DNA from: a virus | Taxonomy: Duplodnaviria; Caudoviricetes | Length of the DNA stretch: 55,402 nt | Strand: one strand, 5' to 3' | Virus record (IMG/VR): IMGVR_UViG_3300029448_000052 | Location: 1 to 55,402 of that record | Notes under the pieces: generated by a model | Database searches by the model: none | What the model was told of the DNA's origin: nothing | The model's input: only the letters and a program-made list of their open reading frames with translations | In this document: positions 37,860 to 47,722 of the stretch, one piece after another | Position numbering within the stretch: position 1 is the first letter of the stretch | How the letters are laid out: each line of letters begins with the position of its first letter | Made by a program: the position numbers and the translations under genes

Positions 37860-40237
37860 TGGCAATTAACCCACGTCCCAGCAATATTGACCGCAGTTTA
37901 TTACAAGCCCCTAATGATACATTTAGTGCATTAGAAGATAATTTGCTTGACCAAGAGTTAGAAGTTTTAACAGAAGAGGCCAGTGAAGATGGTGGGGCAG
38001 AAGTTATTTTTGGTGAGGATGACCAGCCATTAGGTGAAGAGCCAGCTAACTTTTACGATAATATAGCAGAATTTTTAAGTGAAGATACACTTGGTAAAGT
38101 ATCTAGCTATGTTATGGAGAGTGTTGATGATGATAAAACCAGCCGTGATGAGTGGGTAGAAACATATACAAAAGGTTTAGAATTATTGGGATTAAAGTAT
38201 GAATCCCGCACAGAACCTTTTGATGGTGCTACAGGTGTAATCCACCCGATATTAAATGAAGCTGTAACACAGTTTCAGGCTGGTGCTTATAAAGAGATGT
38301 TACCTAGCACTGGTCCAGTAAAGGGTAATATTATTGGTGAGCCTACCCCAGAAATAGAAGCACAGGCTAAACGTGTACAAGATTACATGAATTATCAGAT
38401 TATGTATGAAATGGAAGAGTATGAGCCTGAATATGATCAGATGCTCTATTACCTTGGACTCTCTGGTAGTGCGTTTAAAAAAGTTTACCGTGATGATGTG
38501 CTTGGTAGACCAGTAAGTAAGTTTGTACCAGCCGAAGATGTAGTTGCACCGTATACGGCAACTGATCTAGCTTCAGCAGAACGTATTACACATATCTTAA
38601 AAATGTCTAAAAATGAGTTACGTAAGCTACAAGTAACTGGTTTTTACCGTGATATGGATATACCCAAGGGTGAAAACACTCAATCAGATGATGTAAAAGA
38701 GGCTTATAACGAAATTGAAGGCAGAGAACCTGCTGGAGATAGTGAAGAAGTTATTTTATATGAGTGCCATTGTTATTTAGACCTTGAAGAATATCCAGAT
38801 ATGGGTCAAGATGGTGAAGAAACAGGTATAAAACTACCTTATATAGCTACAATTAGTTCAGATAATGAAGAAGTATTATCTATACGGCGAAATTATCTGC
38901 AAGATGACCCTATGAAGAAGAAAATTGGTCATTTTGTGCAATATAAATTTACTCCTGGACTTGGTTTTTATGGTTTTGGCCTGATTCATTTACTTGGTAA
39001 TTTATCTCGCACAGCTACAGCTAATTTACGGCAGTTAATTGACTCTGGGACATTGAGTAATATGCCAGCAGGGTTTAAAGCTCGTGGTTTACGTATAGCA
39101 GATGAGCAAACACCACTACATCCAGGAGAATTTAGGGATATTGATATTCCTGGAGGTGATATACGCACCAGTTTGATGTCTTTACCGTATAAAGAGCCCT
39201 CTGCTACGTTATTTCAGTTAATGGGTTTTGTAATTGAATCAGCACAACGGTTTATTGGTACTACAGATATTGGTGTAGGTGATGGCAGACAAGAAATGCC
39301 AGTGGGTACAACTATTGCTTTACTTGAGCGTGGTGCAAAAATTATTAGTGCAGTCCATAAAAGGATGCATGCGAGTTTAAAACAAGAATTAAAAATGTTG
39401 GGGCGGTTATTTGCAGAAGACCCAACCCCTTATCCTTATAATGTAAAAGCTGATGCACAAATAAAAGCTACAGATTTTGATGCAAGGGTAGATATAATCC
39501 CAGTAAGTGACCCAAATATATTTAGTATGTCACAAAGGGTGGTTTTAGCTCAAGAACAATTAAAATTAGCTACTGCTGCCCCTGAGATGCATAATTTAAG
39601 AGAAGCATACCGCAGAGTTTATGAAGCATTAGGTGTAAATAATGTTGAGCAAATTTTAAAACCAGAGCCGCAACCCCAACAAATGGATCCAGCGGCAGAA
39701 AACCAGTTTGCTAGTCAAGCGGCTGGTGGTCAGGGTAAAATGCAAGCCTTCCCAGACCAAGACCATGATGCTCATATTTCTGTGCATTTAGCTTACATGC
39801 AAAGTAGAGTAGCACAAATGCAGCCCCCTATATTGCTCACATTAGAAAAACATATTTATGAGCATATTGGTATGAAGGCGATGGTGCAGTTCCAGCAACA
39901 AATGCAGCAAGATCCTAATATGCAGCAAATGCCCCCTGAGGCTCAAGCTGCTCAGATTGCTAAAGTACAAGCACAATTGATGGCTGAGTATCAACAGCAA
40001 CAACCGCCAGCACCACCTAGTGATCCGTTAGTTGATATAAAGAAACAAGAACTTGCATTACGTGAGCAAGAAATGAAAATGGATCAACAATTAGACCAAC
40101 AAAAGTTACAAGTTGATACACAGAGTAAACAAGAAAATGCTGATATCGCCCGTGAGCGTATAGCTTCTACTGAAGATATAGCTAATATGCGAGCACAAAT
40201 TGCTTTACAAAGACAACAGCAAAATAGGGGTGGGTAA
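37859..40237 (+). CDS. portal protein
   Basis: Follows terL; GSAFKKVY, FYGFGLIH, EMPVGTTIALLE; Gln-rich C-terminal tail. Confidence 0.85.
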   Translation: MAINPRPSNIDRSLLQAPNDTFSALEDNLLDQELEVLTEEASEDGGAEVIFGEDDQPLGEEPANFYDNIAEFLSEDTLGKVSSYVMESVDDDKTSRDEWVETYTKGLELLGLKYESRTEPFDGATGVIHPILNEAVTQFQAGAYKEMLPSTGPVKGNIIGEPTPEIEAQAKRVQDYMNYQIMYEMEEYEPEYDQMLYYLGLSGSAFKKVYRDDVLGRPVSKFVPAEDVVAPYTATDLASAERITHILKMSKNELRKLQVTGFYRDMDIPKGENTQSDDVKEAYNEIEGREPAGDSEEVILYECHCYLDLEEYPDMGQDGEETGIKLPYIATISSDNEEVLSIRRNYLQDDPMKKKIGHFVQYKFTPGLGFYGFGLIHLLGNLSRTATANLRQLIDSGTLSNMPAGFKARGLRIADEQTPLHPGEFRDIDIPGGDIRTSLMSLPYKEPSATLFQLMGFVIESAQRFIGTTDIGVGDGRQEMPVGTTIALLERGAKIISAVHKRMHASLKQELKMLGRLFAEDPTPYPYNVKADAQIKATDFDARVDIIPVSDPNIFSMSQRVVLAQEQLKLATAAPEMHNLREAYRRVYEALGVNNVEQILKPEPQPQQMDPAAENQFASQAAGGQGKMQAFPDQDHDAHISVHLAYMQSRVAQMQPPILLTLEKHIYEHIGMKAMVQFQQQMQQDPNMQQMPPEAQAAQIAKVQAQLMAEYQQQQPPAPPSDPLVDIKKQELALREQEMKMDQQLDQQKLQVDTQSKQENADIARERIASTEDIANMRAQIALQRQQQNRGG

Positions 40238-41415
40238 TGCCAGAACCCGGAATGGGAGCCGCCGCAGGCTCTAAAGATTTTGGTCCATCAGGTAAATCAG
40301 GTTCTAAAAGTGGGGGTGGTCAAGACCGTTCGGGTATGAAAGATACCCAAGATAGGTATCGTGCTGAAAAAGCAGAGGCAAAAGAACAAGAGAACCAATT
40401 TGTTTCTAAGATTGATTCAGTAGTTAAAAGTGCAATATCGCAAGGTATAAATCCTTACTCGGACACTTTTAAAAATGTTTTGTCTGCTAGAATGATGAGT
40501 GGACAATTTGGTGATATCTCAGGTTTTCTAGGACCTACTTTTGGAGATCTTAAAGGTAGTAAGAAAAGTAAAACAAAAGGCGGTATTCCACAAACTGACG
40601 AAGTTCAACAATTTATATCTAAATACGCTCCCTCTACTGGGGATAAAATAAAACAAGCATTAGGTCTTACTGATTTAAAGAAAACTATAACTCCAGGACA
40701 AAAAACTCCTTTAGGTGGGCTTCCAGGACTTTTAAGTTTAACTGATATTCCTGGAAAACTCGGTGTTGGGCTGGCTAACCAACTCGCAGGGTTTTTAAAT
40801 ATAGGTGTGAATCCTGTAGATGCCGCAGTAGCAAAACAAATAGCAGCTTCTAATAAAGCCCTAGCAAAAGCTCCTGCTCCTGAAAAGCCAGTCACAAGTG
40901 TGGATATACAAAAATATACAGGTCGCCCTGATGATGCTGCTAAACAGCGCACTCCACAAGTAGGTGAAATTTTCAGTGCGGGTGGTCAAAAATACATAGC
41001 TGGTGTTAATGGTCCGATTGCATTATCGGGTGTGCCAGAACAAGAAGTTCAAACAGCGCAGCCTTTAGCTGCCGAAGGAACTTTAAGAACCCCAGATGAT
41101 ATGTATGGAATGTTGACACAGCAATTAGCACAACCCTTATCTCCCTATGGTACAGATTATGGTTTAACAGGTGCGCCTCCTGCTAATCCTTCAGGTGTAC
41201 AAAATGTAAATGTTTTTAGTGATGCTGTAAAAAATATTACAGATGGTGTTAAAAGTATTCCTGGAGGTTATCAAATAGGTGATAAACAATATACAGGCAC
41301 ATATGAAGAAAACCCTAGCGCAAGAACATACTCAACCACAGCAAAAGAGTATGTAAAGCCGTTTTCAAAAGAAATGTTGTTACAAGGTATTTCTACCCTT
41401 AACCCTTTTAATTAG
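40237..41415 (+). CDS. hypothetical protein
   Basis: 392-aa coupled ORF, low complexity. Confidence 0.55.
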   Translation: MPEPGMGAAAGSKDFGPSGKSGSKSGGGQDRSGMKDTQDRYRAEKAEAKEQENQFVSKIDSVVKSAISQGINPYSDTFKNVLSARMMSGQFGDISGFLGPTFGDLKGSKKSKTKGGIPQTDEVQQFISKYAPSTGDKIKQALGLTDLKKTITPGQKTPLGGLPGLLSLTDIPGKLGVGLANQLAGFLNIGVNPVDAAVAKQIAASNKALAKAPAPEKPVTSVDIQKYTGRPDDAAKQRTPQVGEIFSAGGQKYIAGVNGPIALSGVPEQEVQTAQPLAAEGTLRTPDDMYGMLTQQLAQPLSPYGTDYGLTGAPPANPSGVQNVNVFSDAVKNITDGVKSIPGGYQIGDKQYTGTYEENPSARTYSTTAKEYVKPFSKEMLLQGISTLNPFN

Positions 41416-41424
41416 GAGAAAAAA

Positions 41425-41739
41425 ATGTCAAGTAAAGATAGGGTTGGTCAATTAAAAGATCAATTACAAGATGCTAAAGAAAAAGGTGATGATGATAAAG
41501 TTTTGCAAATTGAAACAGAACTTTTTCAAATGAGGGATAAAAAAGCTGATGGCGGTTTCCCTGATTTAACAGGTGATGGTAAAGTCACCCGCAAAGATGT
41601 CCTTAAAGGCCGTGGTGTAAAGTTAGCCAGTGGTGGTGAGGCTGTGTTAGATGCTACTACTGATATAAATCCTAATGGTGGTATTTCCCGTGGTGGCGGC
41701 GCAGCTTTAAGAGGCACTAAATTTATAGGTATACGTTAG
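41425..41739 (+). CDS. hypothetical protein with an EF-hand-like loop
   Basis: FPDLTGDGKVTRKD; RGGGAALRG. Confidence 0.6.
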   Translation: MSSKDRVGQLKDQLQDAKEKGDDDKVLQIETELFQMRDKKADGGFPDLTGDGKVTRKDVLKGRGVKLASGGEAVLDATTDINPNGGISRGGGAALRGTKFIGIR

Positions 41740-41742
41740 CCT

Positions 41743-42057
41743 ATGGCGCAAAAGAAACTCCAAAAAGAGTCTAAGTTTGCCGAGTATGATGAAGACGGTG
41801 ATGGCGTCGTTAGCGATGATGAGTTATCACATGTAAAAGCTATAAAAGAAACAGAAACAGAGTTAAGAAAGAATTTAGCTCAATTACGCATGGCACGTTA
41901 TACTTTAATATCTATGGGGGTTTTTACAGTAGCTATGTTTTTTATCCCTTTAGATAGGGTTAAGGCTTTATCAGATATATCAAACTTGTTCTATATATCT
42001 GGAGCGGGTATCGTCGGTGCGTTTATGGGGACATCTGCTTGGATGAATAGGAAGTAA
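41743..42057 (+). CDS. EF-hand-like two-TM membrane protein, possible holin
   Basis: YDEDGDGVVSDDE plus two hydrophobic segments. Confidence 0.55.
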   Translation: MAQKKLQKESKFAEYDEDGDGVVSDDELSHVKAIKETETELRKNLAQLRMARYTLISMGVFTVAMFFIPLDRVKALSDISNLFYISGAGIVGAFMGTSAWMNRK

Positions 42058-42067
42058 AGGGAAAAAA

Positions 42068-42274
42068 ATGGAAGCGATACTTTTACTTGGCGCATTAGCT
42101 TATGGAATGCACCACTATCACCAATATGAAAATCAACAAGATACCACTATAGATGTCGGCCAGAAAGTTGTCTTCAACGAGGGCTTAGAAGAAATCGACT
42201 GGTCAAAAGCCGGTAACTTTAGGGTGTCGAGCACTAAAAACGATGTTCAATGGGTGGTTATTTCTGATGGATGA
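42068..42274 (+). CDS. hypothetical protein with N-terminal hydrophobic segment
   Basis: ORF in the lysis-region operon. Confidence 0.45.
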   Translation: MEAILLLGALAYGMHHYHQYENQQDTTIDVGQKVVFNEGLEEIDWSKAGNFRVSSTKNDVQWVVISDG

Positions 42275-42479
42275 AGAAAAGAAAAAGCCAATATCGTTAG
42301 CTGTTGGGGAGAACAGCTTTGAACTGGTCCTCCGCATATTAGGTAATGAGTTTATAGCTATACGGATAGGTTCTACTAATTTCAGCGGTAAGTTGATAGC
42401 CGGAGGAGTTTTGCTCCTGTTTTTCACGTTTATGCTTATGGAGGTGTTTGGTCTGTCACGTATAATGGGTGTTGAATAG
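42267..42479 (+). CDS. hypothetical membrane protein
   Basis: ENSFELVLRILGNEFIA plus a TM helix. Confidence 0.5.
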   Translation: MDEEKKKPISLAVGENSFELVLRILGNEFIAIRIGSTNFSGKLIAGGVLLLFFTFMLMEVFGLSRIMGVE

Positions 42480-42874
42480 TGGCCACTAAGTTAAGCGAAA
42501 ACACAGAGTTATCTATGCCAATCCGCAATTTGATTGCGATGGTGGTTGGCGCAGCAGTAGCAACGTGGGCATATTTTGGAGTTATTGAAAGGCTCAATAC
42601 GCTTGAAAATAAATTTATTATTGTCCAGACGGATTTGGGTCAAAACACAGAGTTTCGTATCAAATGGCCTAGAGGTGAGATGGGCAGTTTGCCAGCCGAT
42701 TCAGAACAGTTTATGATGATAGAGCATTTGGCTAGTGAGTTAGAAAAGCTGGCTGAAAACATAGAAAGCGGTAACGCTCCACATGATCAGCAACAAAAGC
42801 TGGTTTTAGAGTTTTATGATAGGCGGCTTACTAAGATAGAGGACAACATAGAAAAGCTGACGAACAATGATTGA
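42479..42874 (+). CDS. hypothetical membrane-anchored coiled-coil protein
   Basis: MPIRNLIAMV...WAYFG; LPADSEQFM. Confidence 0.6.
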   Translation: MATKLSENTELSMPIRNLIAMVVGAAVATWAYFGVIERLNTLENKFIIVQTDLGQNTEFRIKWPRGEMGSLPADSEQFMMIEHLASELEKLAENIESGNAPHDQQQKLVLEFYDRRLTKIEDNIEKLTNND

Positions 42875-43076
42875 AGTTACCTTTGTTTTACTATTGATGA
42901 TTGGCGATGAAAAAGTAGAATATACGCCGTATGAAAACTTGTCTCAATGTTTGACCGTGCGCCGTAAAATCAAGCGTAATACTGGACATACAATTGATTT
43001 TGATAAAAGGTGGGCATGTAAGCAGTTGAAGGTAAAAATTGAGGCAGGCGAAATAATGGAGATTATTGAGCAATGA
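42867..43076 (+). CDS. hypothetical protein
   Basis: Coupled ORF with two Cys. Confidence 0.5.
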   Translation: MIEVTFVLLLMIGDEKVEYTPYENLSQCLTVRRKIKRNTGHTIDFDKRWACKQLKVKIEAGEIMEIIEQ

Positions 43077-43450
43077 TACAAGCACTTATAGGTCCAATAG
43101 CTAATCTGGCTGGTTCTTTTATGGAATCAAAAATAGAGCAAACAAAGGCTAAAGGCAGAGTTGCACAAGCTAAAGCAGAAGCTGAAGCAGAAGTTATGAA
43201 AGTAGCTGCCACTCACGAAGCTGGCTGGGAAAAAATTATGGCTCAGTCTAGTGACAATAGCTGGAAAGATGAAGCGTGGACTATACTATTTATCGTCATA
43301 ATAGCCATGTGCTTTATACCATACACCCAGCCCTATGTTGAAAATGGATTTGCTGCTTTATCGAGAACACCAGAATGGTTTCAATGGGCAATGTATGCTT
43401 CAATAGGAGCTAGTTTTGGAATTAGAGGTATAAAAGGATTTAAAAAATGA
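43073..43450 (+). CDS. putative holin
   Basis: SWKDEAWTILF...TM...PEWFQW...ASFGIRG; upstream of the lysozyme. Confidence 0.55.
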   Translation: MIQALIGPIANLAGSFMESKIEQTKAKGRVAQAKAEAEAEVMKVAATHEAGWEKIMAQSSDNSWKDEAWTILFIVIIAMCFIPYTQPYVENGFAALSRTPEWFQWAMYASIGASFGIRGIKGFKK

Positions 43451-43599
43451 GCTTGTATGAAAACATCCATAAAAGAAGAAAAAGTGGCAAGCCTATGAGA
43501 AAACCGGGACAAAAAGGCGCACCGAGTGCTGCTGATTTCAAAGCAGCAGCTAGAACTGCTAGGAAACGTGGTGGTAGTGCGAAAAAAGGTAAAAAATGA
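43447..43599 (+). CDS. 50-aa basic protein (not in the ORF track)
   Basis: MSLYENIHKRRKSGKPMRKPGQKGAPSAADFK...; ATGA overlaps at both ends. Confidence 0.6.
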   Translation: MSLYENIHKRRKSGKPMRKPGQKGAPSAADFKAAARTARKRGGSAKKGKK

Positions 43600-44048
43600 A
43601 TAAAGATAAATTACGCGAAGAGATCGCAGAAGATGAAGGTTGTAAGTACGAGGTGTATCTCGATCATCTTGGGCTTCCGACTTGTGGTATAGGCCATCTC
43701 ATTACAGAAATTGACGAAGAGCATGGCAAAACTGTTGGCACTGTTGTTGAGCAAGAGCGTGTTAAACAGTTATTTGCTCTTGATATGGCTGTCACTGTTG
43801 AGGAGTGCCGAGTGCTGTATGATGATTTCGATGATCTGCCCGAAGAATGCCAACATATTATTGCAAATATGATGTTCAATATGGGCAGACCTAGACTGAG
43901 TAAATTCAAAGGCATGAGGGCTGGTGTTGATGCTCGTGATTGGAACGTCGCAGCAGATGAGATGGTTGATTCTCGCTGGTATACTCAAGTTCCAAATAGA
44001 GCCAGAAGACTTGTAGAACGTATGAGGGCGTTATCAGAAAATGAATGA
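43596..44048 (+). CDS. endolysin, T4-type lysozyme (GH24)
   Basis: EDEG....YLDHLGLPTCGIGHL, NMMFNMG, SRWYTQVPNRA. Confidence 0.9.
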   Translation: MNKDKLREEIAEDEGCKYEVYLDHLGLPTCGIGHLITEIDEEHGKTVGTVVEQERVKQLFALDMAVTVEECRVLYDDFDDLPEECQHIIANMMFNMGRPRLSKFKGMRAGVDARDWNVAADEMVDSRWYTQVPNRARRLVERMRALSENE

Positions 44049-44238
44049 CCTTTACATTTACGAGAATATGCTTAAGATAATTCGCGAACGGTCAAAATCA
44101 GTTCAAGAAAGCATTTTATATGGTGCTGTAGCTGATTTTGCTGCCTTCAAGGAACTCCGAGCTAAACTTGGAGAGCTTGCACAAACTGAACAGGATTTAA
44201 AAACCCTGCTAGATAAGGTATCAAAAACAGATGGCTAA
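44041..44238 (+). CDS. hypothetical protein
   Basis: Coupled ORF before GroES. Confidence 0.55.
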   Translation: MNDLYIYENMLKIIRERSKSVQESILYGAVADFAAFKELRAKLGELAQTEQDLKTLLDKVSKTDG

Positions 44239-44668
44239 GACATTACTCGTCCCAGATTACATTGTTAAACAAAAAGAAAAAGAAAAACAAACCGACCCTG
44301 AAGTACCCTCTCTTGAAAAGTTACCAAAACCTACTGGTTGGCGTATACTGATACTACCCTTTAAAGGTAAAAAACAAACAGAAGGTGGGATATTATTACC
44401 TGACCAAGCTATTGAGCGTGAGGCTCTGGCTACTGTTTGTGGGTATGTTCTTAAAATCGGACCTCTTGCTTATCAAGACCCTAACAAATTTGGCAACCCC
44501 GAAGACCCTAGCAAAAACTGGGAACCGTGGTGTAAAGAGGGTGATTGGGTGATTTTTGGCAGATATGCTGGGAGTCGTTTTAAAATTGATGGTGGTGAAG
44601 TGCGTCTTTTAAATGACGATGAGATTTTAGCTACAATCAATAATCCAGAAGATATTCTGCACATTTAA
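44231..44668 (+). CDS. groES: co-chaperonin GroES-like protein
   Basis: PTGWRILI...TEGGILLP...GDWVIFGRYAG...LLNDDEILA. Confidence 0.9.
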   Translation: MAKTLLVPDYIVKQKEKEKQTDPEVPSLEKLPKPTGWRILILPFKGKKQTEGGILLPDQAIEREALATVCGYVLKIGPLAYQDPNKFGNPEDPSKNWEPWCKEGDWVIFGRYAGSRFKIDGGEVRLLNDDEILATINNPEDILHI

Positions 44669-44682
44669 CCATGGAGTGATTC

Positions 44683-45588
44683 ATGCCTGAGAAGAAACAA
44701 GAAGAGTTGTTTGAAGAATCTGATAACCTCGAAATAGAGGTAGAAGAAGATAACGAAGCAGAAAGTGAAGAGGTTGTTACTGAAGAAAATCAACCTAAAG
44801 AGCAAACTGCAGATTCCTCGGAAGACGAGCTAGAAAATTATAGCGAGGGTGTTCAAAAAAGGATTAGTAAGCTCACAGCTAAAATGCGTGAGGCTGAAAG
44901 GCGTGAAAAAGCCGCTACAGAGTATGCTCAAGCTGTTCAAAAACAATTACAAGAAAGTAATCAAAAAAGCACTGCTTTAGATGATTCTTTTGTAAGTGAG
45001 TTTGAAACAAGGGTTACTTATCAAGAAGAGTCTTTACGTAACAAATTAAAAGAAGCTATTGATCGTGGTGACGTTGACAAACAAGTAGAGGCACAAGCTG
45101 CTTTAGCTAAGTTAGCACAAGATAATGAACGATTAGCTTATGTCAAAAAACAAAAAGAACATATTGCTAAACAAGTTGAACAAGTTCAAGCAGCCCCACA
45201 ACAAGTACCTCAACAACAAGCACCTGCTCAGCCAGATCCTAAAGCCTCTGCTTGGGCAGAGCGTAATTCTTGGTTTGGCTCAGATGAGCCTATGACGCTT
45301 ACTGCATTTAGTATCCATAAAAAACTTGTGGAAGAAGAGGGTTACGATCCTACAAGTGATGATTATTATGGAGAACTTGATAATCGTATTAGGAGAGATT
45401 TTCCTCATAAATTTGAGAGTAAAACTAATAAAAGCTCTGGTCCTGCGGTTGCAGGAGCAAATAGGGGTGGCAAAACTTCTGGGAAAAAATCTGTGAAGTT
45501 AAGTCAATCTCAAGTTGCAATAGCGAAAAAACTTGGTATAACTAATGAACAGTATGCGAAACAACTACTCGCATTACAAAATTCGTGA
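44683..45588 (+). CDS. capsid scaffolding protein
   Basis: Acidic N-terminus, coiled coil, WAERNSWFG, IAKKLGI...YAK; upstream of capsid genes. Confidence 0.7.
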   Translation: MPEKKQEELFEESDNLEIEVEEDNEAESEEVVTEENQPKEQTADSSEDELENYSEGVQKRISKLTAKMREAERREKAATEYAQAVQKQLQESNQKSTALDDSFVSEFETRVTYQEESLRNKLKEAIDRGDVDKQVEAQAALAKLAQDNERLAYVKKQKEHIAKQVEQVQAAPQQVPQQQAPAQPDPKASAWAERNSWFGSDEPMTLTAFSIHKKLVEEEGYDPTSDDYYGELDNRIRRDFPHKFESKTNKSSGPAVAGANRGGKTSGKKSVKLSQSQVAIAKKLGITNEQYAKQLLALQNS

Positions 45589-45598
45589 GGATGTCAGT

Positions 45599-46054
45599 AT
45601 GACCGATAGAAGCCCACGCACTGCCCAGTCTAGGGAAAAAGCCAGCCGCACTAAACCGTGGCAACCACCGTCTCAGTTAGACGCTCCAGATCCTCCAGAG
45701 GGATTTGTTCATCGTTGGATTCGTGAGTCAATCATGGGTGTCGATGATAAGAAAAACCTGTCTGCTCGCCTCCGCGAAGGCTTTGAATTAGTTCGCGCTG
45801 ATGAGTACCCTGATTTTGAAGCACCTACAGTCCAGGATGGAAAACATGCTGGCGTGATTGGTGTGGGAGGTCTAGTACTCGCAAGGTTCCCAAAAGAGAC
45901 CAGAAATGAACGCAACACTTATTTCCGCAATGCAACGCGGGATCAAATGACTGCGGTTGATAATGATCTTATGCGGGAGCAGCATCCATCTATGCCTATT
46001 AGTAAACCTGATAGGCAATCTCGTGTAACTTTCGGTAGTAATAATACCGAATAA
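45599..46054 (+). CDS. conserved head-module protein
   Basis: WQPPSQLDAP...HRWIR; GAGG RBS before 45599. Confidence 0.6.
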   Translation: MTDRSPRTAQSREKASRTKPWQPPSQLDAPDPPEGFVHRWIRESIMGVDDKKNLSARLREGFELVRADEYPDFEAPTVQDGKHAGVIGVGGLVLARFPKETRNERNTYFRNATRDQMTAVDNDLMREQHPSMPISKPDRQSRVTFGSNNTE

Positions 46055-46073
46055 TTGTTAGGAGACTAAAATC

Positions 46074-46688
46074 ATGGCAAACACTGATTCGCCTTTTGGT
46101 TTGCGTCCTCATAACAAACTAGGGTCAAACGCTAATTCCATGGGTTTGACGCCTTACAAAGTACAAATCGCGGGTGTAGCAGGTTCATCATCTTCAATTT
46201 TTCAAGGTGATATGGTGATACCTCTCTCTAACGGTCTTGTGGATGTAAGCGCGGCAGACGGTGGTTCAGTGGCGATTCTAGGTGTTATGGCAGGGTGTGA
46301 GTATACTGCACTCGACGGTACGCCGACTTTCTCACCAAACTATCCCGGAACTTCTTCTTTGAAGTCAGGCACAGAAGCAACTGTGTTCGTATACGATGAT
46401 CCTCATCAAGTATACGAGTGTCAAGCTGATGCAAGTTTAACTAATCTTGCAACTGCAACTGCTTTGATTCATTCGAATGCAGAAGGCACTGGATTTGGTT
46501 CTGAAACAGCAAATGGTATCTCAAGTGGAGAAATTTCGGTTTCTACTGCTGGTGCTACTACTACAACGGATAATTTCCGTATTGTTGGAATCAAAGATGT
46601 TCCCGGAATAGATTATGCTTCTGCAGGAGTTGTACTCCTCGTGAAGTTAAATCTTCCTCTCCATACTTCAACCACTGGTATAGCATAA
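46074..46688 (+). CDS. putative capsid decoration/cement protein
   Basis: MAN.DSPFGLRP...IFQGD...VYDDP; immediately before the major capsid gene. Confidence 0.6.
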   Translation: MANTDSPFGLRPHNKLGSNANSMGLTPYKVQIAGVAGSSSSIFQGDMVIPLSNGLVDVSAADGGSVAILGVMAGCEYTALDGTPTFSPNYPGTSSLKSGTEATVFVYDDPHQVYECQADASLTNLATATALIHSNAEGTGFGSETANGISSGEISVSTAGATTTTDNFRIVGIKDVPGIDYASAGVVLLVKLNLPLHTSTTGIA

Positions 46689-46700
46689 GGAGAAAATGAT

Positions 46701-47609
46701 ATGGCTATTGCAAGATCCCAACTCCTTAAAGAGCTAGAGCCAGGACTAAACGCCCTGTTCGGCATGGAGTATGACCGCTACGAGAACCAACATACTGAAA
46801 TCTTTGAAACTGAATCTTCGGATCGGGCTTTTGAAGAAGAGGTAATGTTGTCAGGATTTGGAGCCGCACCTGTAAAGGGTGAGGGTCAGGCAGTTTCATT
46901 TGATACTGCAAACGAATCATTCACTGCTCGTTACACACACGAAACAATCGCGCTTGCTTTTGCGATTACTGAAGAGGCTGTAGAGGATAATCTTTATGAC
47001 CGCTTGAGTTCTCGTTATACTCGTGCATTGGCTCGTTCAATGTCTAACACAAAGCAAGTGAAAGCTGCTTCTGTTCTCAACAATGCGTTCGATAGCGGCT
47101 TTGCTATCGGCGATGGTAAAGAGTTGTGTGCTACTGACCACCCGACTAACGGTGGTGGTACTTTCCGCAACGAACTCAGCACTGCTGCTGACCTGAACGA
47201 AACATCTTTGGAGCAGTCACTAATTGACATTGCAGCCTTCATTGATGAGCGTGGGTTGAAAATTGCTGTGCAAGGTCGCAAGTTGATCATTCCTTCTTCA
47301 CTACAATTTGTAGCTGAAAGATTGATGGCTTCCAACCTACGCCCAGCGACAGCAGACAATGATGTCAACGCTATGAGAAATATGGGTATGTTGCCTGAGG
47401 GTTATGTTGTTAACAACTTCCTCACAGATACAGACGCATTTTTCATCAAAACGGATGCACCTAACGGCTTCAAGCATTTTGAGCGAGCAGCTATTAGGAC
47501 TTCTATGGAAGGCGATTTTGACACAGGTAACGTGCGTTACAAAGCTCGTGAGCGTTATAGCTTTGGAGTTTCTGACCCACGTTGTGTGTTTGGTTCTCCT
47601 GGAGCTTAA
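46701..47609 (+). CDS. major capsid protein
   Basis: MAIARSQLLKELEPGLNALFG...ITEEAVEDNLY...GDFDTGNVRYKARERYSFG; strong RBS and downstream terminator. Confidence 0.9.
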   Translation: MAIARSQLLKELEPGLNALFGMEYDRYENQHTEIFETESSDRAFEEEVMLSGFGAAPVKGEGQAVSFDTANESFTARYTHETIALAFAITEEAVEDNLYDRLSSRYTRALARSMSNTKQVKAASVLNNAFDSGFAIGDGKELCATDHPTNGGGTFRNELSTAADLNETSLEQSLIDIAAFIDERGLKIAVQGRKLIIPSSLQFVAERLMASNLRPATADNDVNAMRNMGMLPEGYVVNNFLTDTDAFFIKTDAPNGFKHFERAAIRTSMEGDFDTGNVRYKARERYSFGVSDPRCVFGSPGA

Positions 47610-47623
47610 CTTAAAGCACAATG

Positions 47624-47654
47624 AAAAGAGCGGCTTGCGAGCCGCTCTTTTTTT
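47624..47654 (+). terminator. rho-independent terminator overlapping a sigma70-like promoter
   Basis: AAAAGAGCGGCT-TGCG-AGCCGCTCTTTTTTT; TTGCGA-N17-TATAGT. Confidence 0.8.
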
Positions 47655-47722
47655 GTATATAGTTTTTACACTTCCTGACAGTCGCATTGTGTGGCTGACA
47701 TTAGCCAAGACAGGAGACTTAA

